64,000 bases of DNA from an uncultured Eubacteriales bacterium (GCA_964592375.1 CAZQDP010000002.1:10369-74368), one strand, 5' to 3'. Shown: positions 1-9,508, counted from the first letter of the stretch. Notes: generated from the sequence alone by a model not told the origin. Made by a program: numbers and translations.

Positions 1-735
1 ATAAGGATGGACTTTCCTACTATTCCCAAATCTCCTGTGACGATCATATCATAATCCTGCGGACCAAACGAAGTATCCTGAAAATGCTGATACATCGTAT
101 CCACGGCAGCGGGGGCCATGGCTGCGCCCATATTGCTTTCGTTTTTAATCCCCATATCAAGAATTCTGCCGGTTGTAATATGTGTTATATAGGGACCTGC
201 ACCCACAGCGGAAAGCACTAGAGATCCGGCACCCGTTACAGTCCATTGCGCCGTGGGAGCACGTTGTCCGCCGTATTCGAGCGGCAGTCTGAACTGCTTT
301 TCTGCCGAACAGAAATGGCTTGAGGTTGCCGCTAGTGCATAATTTGCAAATCCACCATCAATTGTCATGGCTGCTAAACTCAGTGATTCTGCCATGGTCG
401 AGCATGCGCCGTAAAGACCGAAAAAAGAGCAGGGAAAGTCGCGCATGGCATAGTGGGATCCGACGCATTGATTAAGCAAATCGCCGGCAAAAATATAGTT
501 GATAGAGGAGAGGGGCACCGCTGATTTTTCTACTGCCTTGCGCACTGCGGTGGCAAGCAGCTTGCTTTCCGCCTTCTCCCATGTTTTTTCTCCGAAAAAG
601 GAATCGTCCAAGATGAAATCAAAATATTTACCAAGAGGACCTTCTCCTTCTTTTTTTCCTGCAATGGCCGCTTCCGCTACGATGCTGGGTGGGTTTGTGA
701 GTGCCACGGTGTAGGCACCAAGTCTTTTTGTCATA
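1..735 (-). CDS. spoVAD: Stage V sporulation protein AD (SpoVAD), partial. The N-terminus is at 735 and the C-terminus runs off the window start.
   Basis: The reverse-strand translation from the ATG complement at 733-735 (RBS GAGGAGG upstream) reads MTKRLGAYTVA...GDLLNQCVGSHYA...GLYGACSTMAESL...GGFANYALAATSSH. These blocks align with B. subtilis SpoVAD (thiolase/KAS-like fold) as I remember it. The ORF track lacks it because it is open at the window edge. Confidence 0.8.
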
Positions 736-822
736 AATCCTCCTCAGTGGAGTGCAAAGGGCAGATACAAGAATGAAAATGACCTGCCGGCAAGGCTCTG
801 CACCGGAAAAGTGTGCACACTT

Positions 823-1254
823 TTATTTTAATAGAAAATAAATAATGCCTGCCAAAACAGAGGAAAGCGTTCCATATACCAATACAGGCCCTGCAATAAC
901 AAACATTTTCGCGCCAATTCCCATCACAAGCCCCTCGCTTTTAAATTCAATAGCGGGAGATACAATGGAATTAGCAAAGCCGGTAATGGGGACGATGGTA
1001 CCGGCACCGGCGTATTTGGCAATATCATCGTATAATCCAAGACCCGTGAGCAGACCTCCTAAAAAAATCATGATAATAGTAGTGGCCGCTCCACCTTGTT
1101 CCACGGTAAATCCACGAGTGCGAAAGTATACAGAGATAATTTCGCCGAGTACGCATATGATGCCCCCCACAACAAATGCCATCAGCATATTTTTTACAAG
1201 ACTTGAAGGGGGAGCTTTTGTTTCGGCATACTTCTTATATTCTTCTTTATTCAC
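823..1254 (-). CDS. spoVAC: Stage V sporulation protein AC (SpoVAC), a mechanosensitive-channel-like spore membrane protein.
   Basis: 143 aa and hydrophobic with about four TM segments. The motif VGGIICVLGEII...GGAATTIIMIFLGG is typical of SpoVAC/SpoVAEb-family proteins. It lies immediately upstream of spoVAD on the same strand. The start at 1254 is a GTG directly after the SASP stop. Confidence 0.75.
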   Translation of the reverse strand: MNKEEYKKYAETKAPPSSLVKNMLMAFVVGGIICVLGEIISVYFRTRGFTVEQGGAATTIIMIFLGGLLTGLGLYDDIAKYAGAGTIVPITGFANSIVSPAIEFKSEGLVMGIGAKMFVIAGPVLVYGTLSSVLAGIIYFLLK

Positions 1255-1482
1255 TCAAGTAGGTGAGGTGACGCTCCTAATCATACGCCTCACCATTTCA
1301 CCTCCTATGGGCCCTCCCTGCAAGCCATTTTCCTTGGCGGAAAGATCACCCTTATAGTGGTCATTGTTTTCTTTGCAATACTGGGAAATGCCAAGCTCAG
1401 AGGCAACCTCTAATTTAAACTTCGTCATGGCATCATAACTGCCGGGCTCTAAGAGTCTACTTTTGCGATAATTTTTACCCAT
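1255..1482 (-). CDS. Alpha/beta-type small acid-soluble spore protein (SASP).
   Basis: 75 aa. It carries the two conserved SASP blocks (KFKLEVASELGI and KENGLQGGPIGGEMVRRMI, compare B. subtilis SspA/SspB motifs EIASEFGV and ANGSVGGEITKRLV). The RBS aggtg lies before the ATG at 1482. Confidence 0.8.
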   Translation of the reverse strand: MGKNYRKSRLLEPGSYDAMTKFKLEVASELGISQYCKENNDHYKGDLSAKENGLQGGPIGGEMVRRMIRSVTSPT

Positions 1483-1679
1483 GTTACACCTCTTTCTTTT
1501 TGTACTATTTAAAATTGCTAGTTGGTAATTACTACTGCGCTAATAATATCTTTCCCATAAATTTAAAAATATTCCGTAGAAAAATGTGGAATATTCCGGC
1601 GCTTATGGCAGGAAAGATTACATGCTTTTTTAGTCTTTGTAGCGAGATTTTTTATCAAGCAATTTCATACTTTGCTTTT

Positions 1680-1892
1680 CTATTCATTCATCTCGTCTTG
1701 CAGTTCTTTCCGAAGAGCCTCCAGTGCACTATTTCTTCTTGCAGTTTTATCCTTTAGTATGCCTTGCAACTTTTCATCCTGGGCCAAGCTTATCAGTTCA
1801 TCTGCAAATTCCATTTGATGCAGTGTATGATTTGTGTTTTTCTGGACTTTGGTCGCGCCTTGTGCGCGATCATGCGCATTGCGTTTCATCAC
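1680..1892 (-). CDS. Hypothetical small charged helical protein (69-70 aa).
   Basis: The ORF has an AGGAG RBS and starts GTG-ATG at 1892/1889. The protein is predicted all-helical with a coiled-coil-like charged C-terminus (ALEALRKELQDEMNE). I recognise no family. Confidence 0.45.
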   Translation of the reverse strand: MMKRNAHDRAQGATKVQKNTNHTLHQMEFADELISLAQDEKLQGILKDKTARRNSALEALRKELQDEMNE

Positions 1893-2042
1893 TTCAATCT
1901 CTCCTTGCGTAAAAAATAGAAAATCTATTCACTAGTATGGTTGGATTTTCTGTAAATATGTAAAATTTTTATTCAAAGCGACTTTTTTTCTCACCATATT
2001 CATAAAGAAAAACACATGATTTACAAAAATTTCAAAAAACAC

Positions 2043-2071
2043 TTGCAATTCATCACAACATGTGTTATAAT
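2043..2071 (+). promoter_or_regulatory. Sigma-A-like promoter (TTGCAA-N17-TATAAT) upstream of the zinc-ribbon gene.
   Basis: Hexamers ttgcaa at 2043-2048 and tataat at 2066-2071 with a 17-nt spacer, leaving a leader of about 130 nt. Confidence 0.4.
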
Positions 2072-2202
2072 AAGAAACTGTAAGTCATCCAATGATGATG
2101 ACGATAAGGTTTATTTATTTTCAGACAGTCATCTCCTAAGTATATTTGGAGTCAGATGTGTAGGGAATTTTTAAATCCAATTTATTTAGGAGGTAATTTA
2201 AT

Positions 2203-2490
2203 ATGGCAGACAAGACATTGGCATGCAAAGATTGCGGAGCGGATTTCGTTTTCACTGAAAACGAGCAGGCGTTCTATCAGGAAAAGGGCTTTGAGAACGA
2301 ACCCGGCAGATGCCCAGATTGCAGAGCAGCTAAAAAGGCTCAGTCCAGAGGCGGCAGCAGAGGCGGCGCTCAAAGAGAAATGTTCCCGGCTGTATGTGCT
2401 GAATGTGGCAAGTCCACAACAGTTCCTTTCCAGCCCAACGGCGAAAAACCAGTATACTGCAGAGAGTGCTACACACCTCGCAGCAGATAA
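2203..2490 (+). CDS. Double zinc-ribbon protein (2x CxxC...CxxC), function unknown.
   Basis: 95 aa with CKDC...CPDC and CAEC...CREC pairs. The RBS ggaggt lies 8 nt upstream and a strong terminator follows. Confidence 0.6.
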   Translation: MADKTLACKDCGADFVFTENEQAFYQEKGFENEPGRCPDCRAAKKAQSRGGSRGGAQREMFPAVCAECGKSTTVPFQPNGEKPVYCRECYTPRSR

Positions 2491-2540
2491 TCATTTGAAT
2501 TTTATCTAATTAAATTATTAGATGTTTTAGATGACGAGTA

Positions 2541-2580
2541 AAGACCACCTACAGCATTTGAGCTTAGGTGGTCTTTTTTT
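2541..2580 (+). terminator. Rho-independent terminator.
   Basis: Stem aagaccacct / aggtggtctt followed by a T7 run. Confidence 0.7.
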
Positions 2581-2680
2581 CACTTTTTTACATATTTATG
2601 CGTATAATGCAGGCTTATCTATGCCATGATATGAATAAGTTGTCTTTTCACCTTACATCTGCAAAGGAGATTCTTTAAAA

Positions 2681-3769
2681 ATGGGGAATATGCAAAGCTT
2701 AATCATTGGTCATTTAAAGGCACACCTTCCCATTGTGCAAGGCGGAATGGGGGTTGGGGTTTCACTCTCTTCTTTGGCTTCAAGTGTAGCCAACGAGGGG
2801 GGCATCGGTGTGATTGCCGCTGCGGGCATTGGAATGTTTGAAACGGATGCATATTCAAATTATTTGCAGGCCAATATCAGGGCCCTCAAGATGGAAATCA
2901 GAAAAGCAAGAGAAAAAACCAAGGGAATTCTTGGTGTGAATATTATGGTTGCACTATCCAACTTTGGCGAACTGGCCAAGGCAGCCATAGAAGAAGGCAT
3001 TGACATTATCTTTTCCGGAGCAGGTTTGCCACTGCATTTACCTTCCTATTTACAAGGGTCGGTAAAAACCAAGCTGGTGCCCATTGTATCCTCGGGCAGA
3101 GCGGCTAGAATTATTGCAAAAAAATGGTTTGACCATTATCAGTATATCCCGGATGCCATTGTGGTTGAGGGGCCAAAAGCCGGCGGCCATCTTGGGTTTA
3201 AACCGGAACAACTGGAGGATGAAGCATTTTCGCTTGCTAATCTGCTCAGCGAAGTGACCCAGGCGATGAGTCCTTTTGTTTTGCAACATCAAAAGCCAAT
3301 CCCCATCATTGTGGGTGGTGGCGTATATACCGGTGCAGACATACGGCACTATATGGAGCTCGGTGCGAACGGCGTGCAAATGGGATCGCGATTTGTCACC
3401 ACCATAGAATGTGATGCCTCGCAGGAATTTAAAAATGTATATCTTCGTGCCTCAAAAGAAGACATTACCATTATCAAAAGCCCTGTGGGAATGCCCGGAA
3501 GAGCCATCAACAACAGCTATATTCAGGAGGTAGCGGAAGGGCATAAAATGCCGTATAAATGCCCCTATCATTGTATTATAACCTGCGATCATCTGCATAG
3601 TCCGTACTGCATAGCACTGGCGCTGATCAATGCCCAACGGGGCAATTTCAAAGGCGGATTTGCTTTTGCCGGTACCAATGCCTATCGCGCGGATAAAATT
3701 ATCAGCGTATCAGAGCTTATTCGTGATATAAAAAATGAATATGCCATGGATGGAAACTTTTTTTCATAG
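2681..3769 (+). CDS. FMN-dependent nitronate monooxygenase / enoyl-ACP reductase II (NPD/FabK family) oxidoreductase with a Cys-rich C-terminal extension.
   Basis: N-terminus PIVQGGMGVGVS with GIGVIAAAG and VGGGVYTGAD blocks typical of the NMO/FabK TIM barrel. RBS aaaggag. The C-terminal roughly 60 aa carry CPYHCIITCDHLHSPYC. Confidence 0.7.
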   Translation: MGNMQSLIIGHLKAHLPIVQGGMGVGVSLSSLASSVANEGGIGVIAAAGIGMFETDAYSNYLQANIRALKMEIRKAREKTKGILGVNIMVALSNFGELAKAAIEEGIDIIFSGAGLPLHLPSYLQGSVKTKLVPIVSSGRAARIIAKKWFDHYQYIPDAIVVEGPKAGGHLGFKPEQLEDEAFSLANLLSEVTQAMSPFVLQHQKPIPIIVGGGVYTGADIRHYMELGANGVQMGSRFVTTIECDASQEFKNVYLRASKEDITIIKSPVGMPGRAINNSYIQEVAEGHKMPYKCPYHCIITCDHLHSPYCIALALINAQRGNFKGGFAFAGTNAYRADKIISVSELIRDIKNEYAMDGNFFS

Positions 3770-3810
3770 CATGAAAAAGTAATCACGATACCAGTAATCA
3801 TACAAATAGC

Positions 3811-3840
3811 AGGGGACGAACCAAAGTTCGCCCCCTTTAT
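3811..3840. terminator. Bidirectional hairpin terminator between convergent genes.
   Basis: Stem aggggacgaa / ttcgccccct with one mismatch and T-rich flanks. Confidence 0.5.
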
Positions 3841-3853
3841 GATATCATATAGA

Positions 3854-5020
3854 TTATTCCGAAGCTGGCGTTGACCTTGCGTTTCTGTGCTCGCTCATAA
3901 TCTGCCCCTTAAACAAAGTTTTGCCTTCTATTTTAATATGGAAGGCTTTTTCGTATGCTTTGATAAGAGACATCTCTTGCGGCGTTATGATGGATATGGC
4001 CAGTGCACTTTGTCCGTCTCTACCGGCACGACCAACGCGGTGGAGGTAATCATTGGGACTCTGAGGGATGCTGATATTAATAATACACGTAATGCCTTCC
4101 ATGTGTAGCCCTCTAGCGCCGATATCTGAAGCAATCAGATATTTGAGCTTACCGCTCGCAAAGTCATCCATGGTTTTCTTTCTGCGCAGTTTGTCGTTTG
4201 CTCCGTGGATACTGTCCACAGCAAATCCGTGGTATTTTAACTTTTCCACCTCTCGCTCAATGATGGTAGGTTGATTGATAAACACCATGGCCTTGGGCGG
4301 TTCTAGCGCACGCAGTAGCTTTCTGAGCAGCTCTGTTTTATCTCGCATTTCTGCGATGAAATAGAGATGCGATATATTGGATGGAATGGATGTGGTGGCG
4401 GCAGAAACAACTTCTGGATTTTTCATCATCTCCCTTGCGGCGGCAGTTGCCTCTTTGGAAATGGAGGCAGAAAAGAGCATCAATTGCCGCTCCTTTAAGG
4501 TGCACTTGATTACTGCTTTCACAGAAGCAATATTGTTTTTATCCATCATTTTATCCGCCTCGTCCACCACGATGGTGCTTACCGTATGGGCGGAGATTTT
4601 TTTCATTTGAATGAGCTCTAAAATTCTTCCAGGACTGCCAACAATGAGCTGGGGCTTTTCCTTTAATTTTTCAACCTGCCTTTTGATATTGACGTTGCCT
4701 ATCACGCACGCGCTAAAAAGCGCAAGGCCCGAATGAACGCGAAGCTGTTCAATCTGCCGATGAACCTGCAAGGCCAGCTCATGGGTAGGCACAAGAATAA
4801 TGGCTCTATTTTGCTTCGAAACGTCTTGTAAGTGCTGGAAAATGGGCAAAAGATAAGCCAAGGTCTTCCCCGTGCCGGTCTGCGATTGCACAATGAGATC
4901 TTTATGCTCCAGTGCCTTTGGGATGACAAGCTTCTGAATGTCAGTGGGAGCGAGGATGTTCTCCTTGGCAAGTGCCAAAACAAGTGAAGGCAAAAGCATC
5001 AATTGGTCAAAACTTTTCAT
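3854..5020 (-). CDS. DEAD-box ATP-dependent RNA helicase.
   Basis: Motif I SQTGTGKT, motif II VDEAD, SAS, and motif VI HRVGRAGRDG. Confidence 0.9.
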   Translation of the reverse strand: MKSFDQLMLLPSLVLALAKENILAPTDIQKLVIPKALEHKDLIVQSQTGTGKTLAYLLPIFQHLQDVSKQNRAIILVPTHELALQVHRQIEQLRVHSGLALFSACVIGNVNIKRQVEKLKEKPQLIVGSPGRILELIQMKKISAHTVSTIVVDEADKMMDKNNIASVKAVIKCTLKERQLMLFSASISKEATAAAREMMKNPEVVSAATTSIPSNISHLYFIAEMRDKTELLRKLLRALEPPKAMVFINQPTIIEREVEKLKYHGFAVDSIHGANDKLRRKKTMDDFASGKLKYLIASDIGARGLHMEGITCIINISIPQSPNDYLHRVGRAGRDGQSALAISIITPQEMSLIKAYEKAFHIKIEGKTLFKGQIMSEHRNARSTPASE

Positions 5021-5074
5021 TTATTGTTCTCCCGTCATCTTTAATGGGGTTTTTGCGTAAAGGCATCCATATTT

Positions 5075-6427
5075 CTACCCACGAGAGCGAGGGGTTCTCT
5101 TCGGCCTCTGGCCAGGGCCCTTCGCATTTCTGCTACTCGCACTCTGCCCTCTTTGCGCACCGCCTTTTGCGCTCTGGCCCTGATGCGTAACACTCTGCTC
5201 TCTGCCCCACTCGCCCCTTGCGCTCTGGCCTCTGCGCCCGGCACCTTCTGTGCCCTTTGGACTGCGACCTACGCCTCTTGTGCTCTGCGGCTTGCGGCCT
5301 GCTTCCTGCGCACCCTTATCTGCAGGTCCTTGCAAACGCCGTATGTTCACGCCAATTGCTTTCTCAATCGTATTCATCGTTGCCCTGTCTCTGGGGGATA
5401 CAAAGGTCACAGCAATGCCCTTTTGCCCTGCGCGGCCGGTTCTGCCAATCCGATGAATATAATCCTTGGCGTCACGTGGCATATCGTAATTAAAGATATG
5501 CGTTACACCTTCAATATCTAGCCCTCTTGCGGCAACATCCGTTGCAACCAGCAAAGGGATTTGCAGCTTGCGAAAGGAAGACAATACCTTTTCACGCTTT
5601 GCTTGGCTCAGATCCCCATGAAGCTCCTCGGCTTTATATCCTTGCGCCTGCAATGCGCTGCATAGTGCAGTAACCCTATGCTTTGTACGGCAGAAGATGA
5701 TGGACATAAAGGGACGATAAGTTTCGAGCATTTTCAGTAGTGCACCTTGCTTCCCACGATCGGTGGTGTCCATTGCAAGCTGAGATATTTCAGATAAGGT
5801 CACTTGCTTGCCTTGGATGCGAATTTGGATGGGGTTCTTCATATATTTTTCGGCCAGCGCTACGATGGCGGTGGATATGGTGGCGGAAAACAAAAGTGTT
5901 TGGCGTTGCGGAGGTGTTTTCCCCAATATTTGTGCAACATCGGGCAGAAACCCCAAATCAAGCATTTGGTCTGCTTCGTCTAGCACCAACATGGACAGCT
6001 TGTCCAAATGGATGGCCTTTCTGTGAATATGGTCAAGGAGCCGCCCCGGCGTGCCCACCACCAATTGCACGGACCCATTTAATCTGCGTGCCTGTGCAAG
6101 CACATCTTGGCCTCCGTATGCGGATAAGATATGGATGTCCCGTGTTAGCTTTTTGGCCTCTGCCGTAATTTGAATGGCAAGCTCACGGGTGGGGGTAATC
6201 ACAAGCGCCTGTACAGAAGGATCTTGTGGGTTAATGCGTTCTAAGATAGGCAGTAGAAAGGCAAGGGTTTTTCCTGTGCCTGTTTGAGCCTGGGCAATCA
6301 CATCCCGCCCCGCCATTACCGGTCCGATGGCTTGCTCTTGAACAGGTGTTGGTTGCGTAATTTTATTTTTTTCAAGTATTCCGGCAAGCGCTGAGCTTAT
6401 GCCGAGCAGTTCAAATTTCGTTTTCAT
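5075..6427 (-). CDS. DEAD-box ATP-dependent RNA helicase with an RG-rich, basic, low-complexity C-terminal tail (CshA/DeaD-like).
   Basis: AQTGTGKT, LDEAD, SAT and HRIGRTGRAG. The last roughly 90 aa (RGVGRSPKG...RGQSARGEWGR...QRGQSAS...RTPRSRG) are encoded by degenerate GC-rich repeat DNA at 5075-5330. Confidence 0.9.
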   Translation of the reverse strand: MKTKFELLGISSALAGILEKNKITQPTPVQEQAIGPVMAGRDVIAQAQTGTGKTLAFLLPILERINPQDPSVQALVITPTRELAIQITAEAKKLTRDIHILSAYGGQDVLAQARRLNGSVQLVVGTPGRLLDHIHRKAIHLDKLSMLVLDEADQMLDLGFLPDVAQILGKTPPQRQTLLFSATISTAIVALAEKYMKNPIQIRIQGKQVTLSEISQLAMDTTDRGKQGALLKMLETYRPFMSIIFCRTKHRVTALCSALQAQGYKAEELHGDLSQAKREKVLSSFRKLQIPLLVATDVAARGLDIEGVTHIFNYDMPRDAKDYIHRIGRTGRAGQKGIAVTFVSPRDRATMNTIEKAIGVNIRRLQGPADKGAQEAGRKPQSTRGVGRSPKGTEGAGRRGQSARGEWGREQSVTHQGQSAKGGAQRGQSASSRNAKGPGQRPKRTPRSRG

Positions 6428-6495
6428 AAGAACCTCAATTCCTTTTATTTCTTTTACATATGGACTAATTCATGGGGTGGTGGTAAATAAATATA

Positions 6496-6918
6496 TTAAG
6501 TTTTTTTGATAAATATCTCTTTGCATATCGGGCAGTTCACGCTAAGCGTACCTTTTCGCTTTGGCAGTCGAAGGGTGTTTTTACAAGCAGGACACCGTAC
6601 AAATGCAAAATCCTTACTCTGCCGCAGTCTTGTGGTTTGCTCTGTCATTTTTTTAAAAGCGGCCTTGAGAGCTCCTGCAATTGCGCTCAATGCCGGTGCG
6701 AAAAAGCTGGCAATCCGGACTGTTAGCTGATTGTACAGCGCAAGCTCCTGCAGTCTGCGCGCTTTATTCTTTGAGAGCATGCGAAAAAGTGCATAGCATA
6801 TAAGAACCACTCCGAGCGGCCATACGATTTTTCTACTAACAAATATTGCTGAAATAAGCATCAAAATAAAAGATAAATGATCTGACCCGTATCTGCCATG
6901 AAAAAAGCTTTTCCACAT
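6496..6918 (-). CDS. Hypothetical membrane protein with a C-terminal zinc ribbon.
   Basis: Two predicted TM helices at the N-terminus. The C-terminus carries CPACKNTLRLPKRKGTLSVNCPICKEIF. Confidence 0.5.
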   Translation of the reverse strand: MWKSFFHGRYGSDHLSFILMLISAIFVSRKIVWPLGVVLICYALFRMLSKNKARRLQELALYNQLTVRIASFFAPALSAIAGALKAAFKKMTEQTTRLRQSKDFAFVRCPACKNTLRLPKRKGTLSVNCPICKEIFIKKT

Positions 6919-7125
6919 TTTTGCTCACCCATCTTCATATAGAATATAGTTTAAGTTTAACCGATATTTTCAGTTTATGCAAGTAAAAGTATGAAAAAAT
7001 GATCAAAAGTATCAAAATGCACATATTCTGTTGACAAGCACATTAAGATAATATATATTATTTTTATATATAAGTGGGTCTTATGGATCCATGCATGAAA
7101 CTTGATTGTGCCAGGAGGTTTATTG

Positions 7126-8478
7126 ATGGGCTTTGTAAGTGATTTTGTATGGGGGACTGCCACTGCTTCTTATCAAGTAGAAGGTGCCCATCTTCAAGAT
7201 GGGAAAGGATTATCCATATGGGACATGGTGGTGCAAAAAGGCGGATTTGTGCTAAATGGTGATACGGGTGATATCGCATGTGACCATTACAACCGCTACC
7301 GGGAGGACATTGCCATGATGAAAGAAATCGGGGTGAAAGGGTATCGATTTTCACTTTCATGGCCTCGCATTATGCCGGATGGCGTTGGGAAAATTAACGC
7401 TAAGGGCCTTGATTTTTACGACAACCTGGTGGATGCTTTGCTGGAAAACGGCATTGAGCCATATATTACTCTCTTCCACTGGGATTATCCTTTGGCGTTA
7501 TTTCAACAAGGGGGCTGGCTCAGTCCCGATAGTCCAAAATGGTTTGCAGAATATACCAAGGTGGTTGTGGATAGGTTATCGGATAAAATCACCCATTGGA
7601 TGACGTTAAACGAACCCCAGTGCTTTGTTGGGCTTGGGCATTTCACAGGTGTGAATGCGCCTGGGCTAAAACTTGACTTTTCACAGATGTTAACCGTCGG
7701 TCATCATGCGATGCTAGCGCATGGTATGGCGGTGGAGGTTATACGAAAGCACAGTAAACTCCCTGCGCAAATCGGCTATGCGCCGGTGGGCGTGGTACGC
7801 ACCCCTGCCACCAATTGTGCCGGTGATATAAAGGCCGCAAGAGAGGCCACCTTTTCAATCAAGGATAAGCACTTTTGGAACAATACATGGTGGATGGATC
7901 CGATATTTCTTGGGCAATATCCTGAGGATGGGTTGAAACTCTTTGAGGCCGATATGCCAAAGATAGGACAGGATGACCTCAAAATCATCAGCCAGCCTAT
8001 TGATTATTTTGGTGTGAATATTTACAATAGCGTGGCAGTTAAATGTAAGGAAAACGGCGAAGTTGCTTTCCCTTCCCGTTTGGCAGGCTATGCCAAAACC
8101 GCATATCACTGGAGTGTAACGCCCGAATCTCTCTATTGGGGACCGCGATTTTTCTACGAACGATATCAGAAGCCCATCATCATTACAGAAAACGGAATGT
8201 CAAACTGCGATTGGGTGAGCCTTGATGGAAAGGTGCATGACCCACAGCGCATCGATTTTGTGAGTAGATATTTAATGGAGCTAAAAAGAGCTGCACAGGA
8301 GGGCATCCCAATAAAAGGATACTTCTTATGGACCTTAATGGATAATTTTGAGTGGGCTGAAGGGTATAATCAGCGGTTTGGACTGGTGCATGTTGATTTT
8401 CAATCTCAAAAGAGAACGCCAAAGGATTCTGCCTATTGGTACCAACAAATCATTGCAACAAATGGGGAAATGTTATAG
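7126..8478 (+). CDS. GH1 beta-glucosidase / 6-phospho-beta-glucosidase.
   Basis: FVWGTATASYQVEG N-terminus, TLNEP acid/base and ITENG nucleophile motifs. The RBS aggagg precedes the ATG at 7126, and the track ORF start at 7102 lies upstream in the same frame. Confidence 0.9.
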   Translation: MGFVSDFVWGTATASYQVEGAHLQDGKGLSIWDMVVQKGGFVLNGDTGDIACDHYNRYREDIAMMKEIGVKGYRFSLSWPRIMPDGVGKINAKGLDFYDNLVDALLENGIEPYITLFHWDYPLALFQQGGWLSPDSPKWFAEYTKVVVDRLSDKITHWMTLNEPQCFVGLGHFTGVNAPGLKLDFSQMLTVGHHAMLAHGMAVEVIRKHSKLPAQIGYAPVGVVRTPATNCAGDIKAAREATFSIKDKHFWNNTWWMDPIFLGQYPEDGLKLFEADMPKIGQDDLKIISQPIDYFGVNIYNSVAVKCKENGEVAFPSRLAGYAKTAYHWSVTPESLYWGPRFFYERYQKPIIITENGMSNCDWVSLDGKVHDPQRIDFVSRYLMELKRAAQEGIPIKGYFLWTLMDNFEWAEGYNQRFGLVHVDFQSQKRTPKDSAYWYQQIIATNGEML

Positions 8479-8857
8479 AAACATTCCACGCCCTTATGTA
8501 CATGGCCACATTCAACGCAAGACCAAAAGGTTCTCTTACCATACAAAAAAGAAAAAATAACTCCTTTGTATTGCGAGAATGCACCGGGATGAAACGTAAG
8601 GGATATTGACAGAATAAAGAATATGCCGTACAATATGCATATGGGAGCCACGGCGAAAAGCCTTGGCCTTGTAAAAAATTATGCATAATTAAATGCAAGT
8701 GTCAATACACTAAAGCATATAGATGTGACTCAAACCCCGTGCATTTTTCCATATAGATTTGTTGGTGCCGGCACGTTTATGGAGCGCATAGTATACAATA
8801 TATGGCATGTATTGTGGCATTTTTAAGCGCTTGCTTGCGGTTGTGGGAGGGAGTAAA

Positions 8858-9508
8858 ATGGATTTTTTTACGCTTGAATATTGGATGATGCTATTGCGGC
8901 TTGTAGTGGCAGTGATACTGGGGGGTGTAATTGGCTTTGAGCGTGCTGAAAATAAGCATGATGCAGGGCTTCGAACACATATTTTGGTATGCCTTGGCTC
9001 TGCACTGATTATGGTCATCAGCGAGCACCTGATTACCACAAGAAGCCTGCAAAGCGATATGATGCGCATGGGTGCACAGGTTATTAGCGGCATCGGCTTT
9101 TTGGGAATTGGGTGTATTATTACGAATGGCGATAAAATTAAGGGACTGACCACTGCGGCTGGGCTGTGGACCACTGCGGGCGTGGGCCTTTGTGTGGGAA
9201 TTGGCTATTATTCCATTGCGGTCACTACGGTTGTCCTTATGCTGATTGTTATGGCCTATTTGCGCCCCCTTGCCATAAGGCTGAAAAATAGGGATTTGAC
9301 CGTGCAAATCAAGGTGAGTAGCAGAGTGCAGGTAAGTGGGATTTTGGATTTACTTTCTGAAAAAAGCATTCATGTGAATACGGTTAAAATGACCGAAAAA
9401 GGCGAGCATACCTATGCCACGGTTTGCATTCAATTGCAACATACCAACAATTACAGCCAAGTACTCAGCGAGCTGACGGCGATGGAAGGCGTAACGGAAA
9501 TCCATTAG
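8858..9508 (+). CDS. MgtC/SapB family membrane protein.
   Basis: LEYWMMLLRLVVAVILGGVIGFER...GLRTHILVCLGSALIM is the classic MgtC N-terminal domain, and an ACT-like C-terminus follows. RBS gggaggg; the track ORF start 8807 is probably too far upstream. Confidence 0.8.
   Translation: MDFFTLEYWMMLLRLVVAVILGGVIGFERAENKHDAGLRTHILVCLGSALIMVISEHLITTRSLQSDMMRMGAQVISGIGFLGIGCIITNGDKIKGLTTAAGLWTTAGVGLCVGIGYYSIAVTTVVLMLIVMAYLRPLAIRLKNRDLTVQIKVSSRVQVSGILDLLSEKSIHVNTVKMTEKGEHTYATVCIQLQHTNNYSQVLSELTAMEGVTEIH

Noticed and set aside
845-1357. 170-aa plus-strand ORF overlapping spoVAC and the SASP gene.
   Set aside because: It is antisense to two well-supported genes, has low-complexity P/T-rich composition, and has no RBS.
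5153-5521. Several plus-strand ORFs (122, 91 and 68 aa) within 5075-5521.
   Set aside because: They lie antisense to the helicase RG-tail repeat DNA. The GC-rich repeats generate long spurious open frames.
8479-8857. M-box (Mg2+) riboswitch upstream of mgtC.
   Set aside because: The conserved M-box blocks (for example GGUGAGGCUCC) are not present. It is kept only as an unclassified long leader.
8710-9307. Minus-strand ORFs of 154 and 138 aa.
   Set aside because: They are antisense to the well-supported mgtC.
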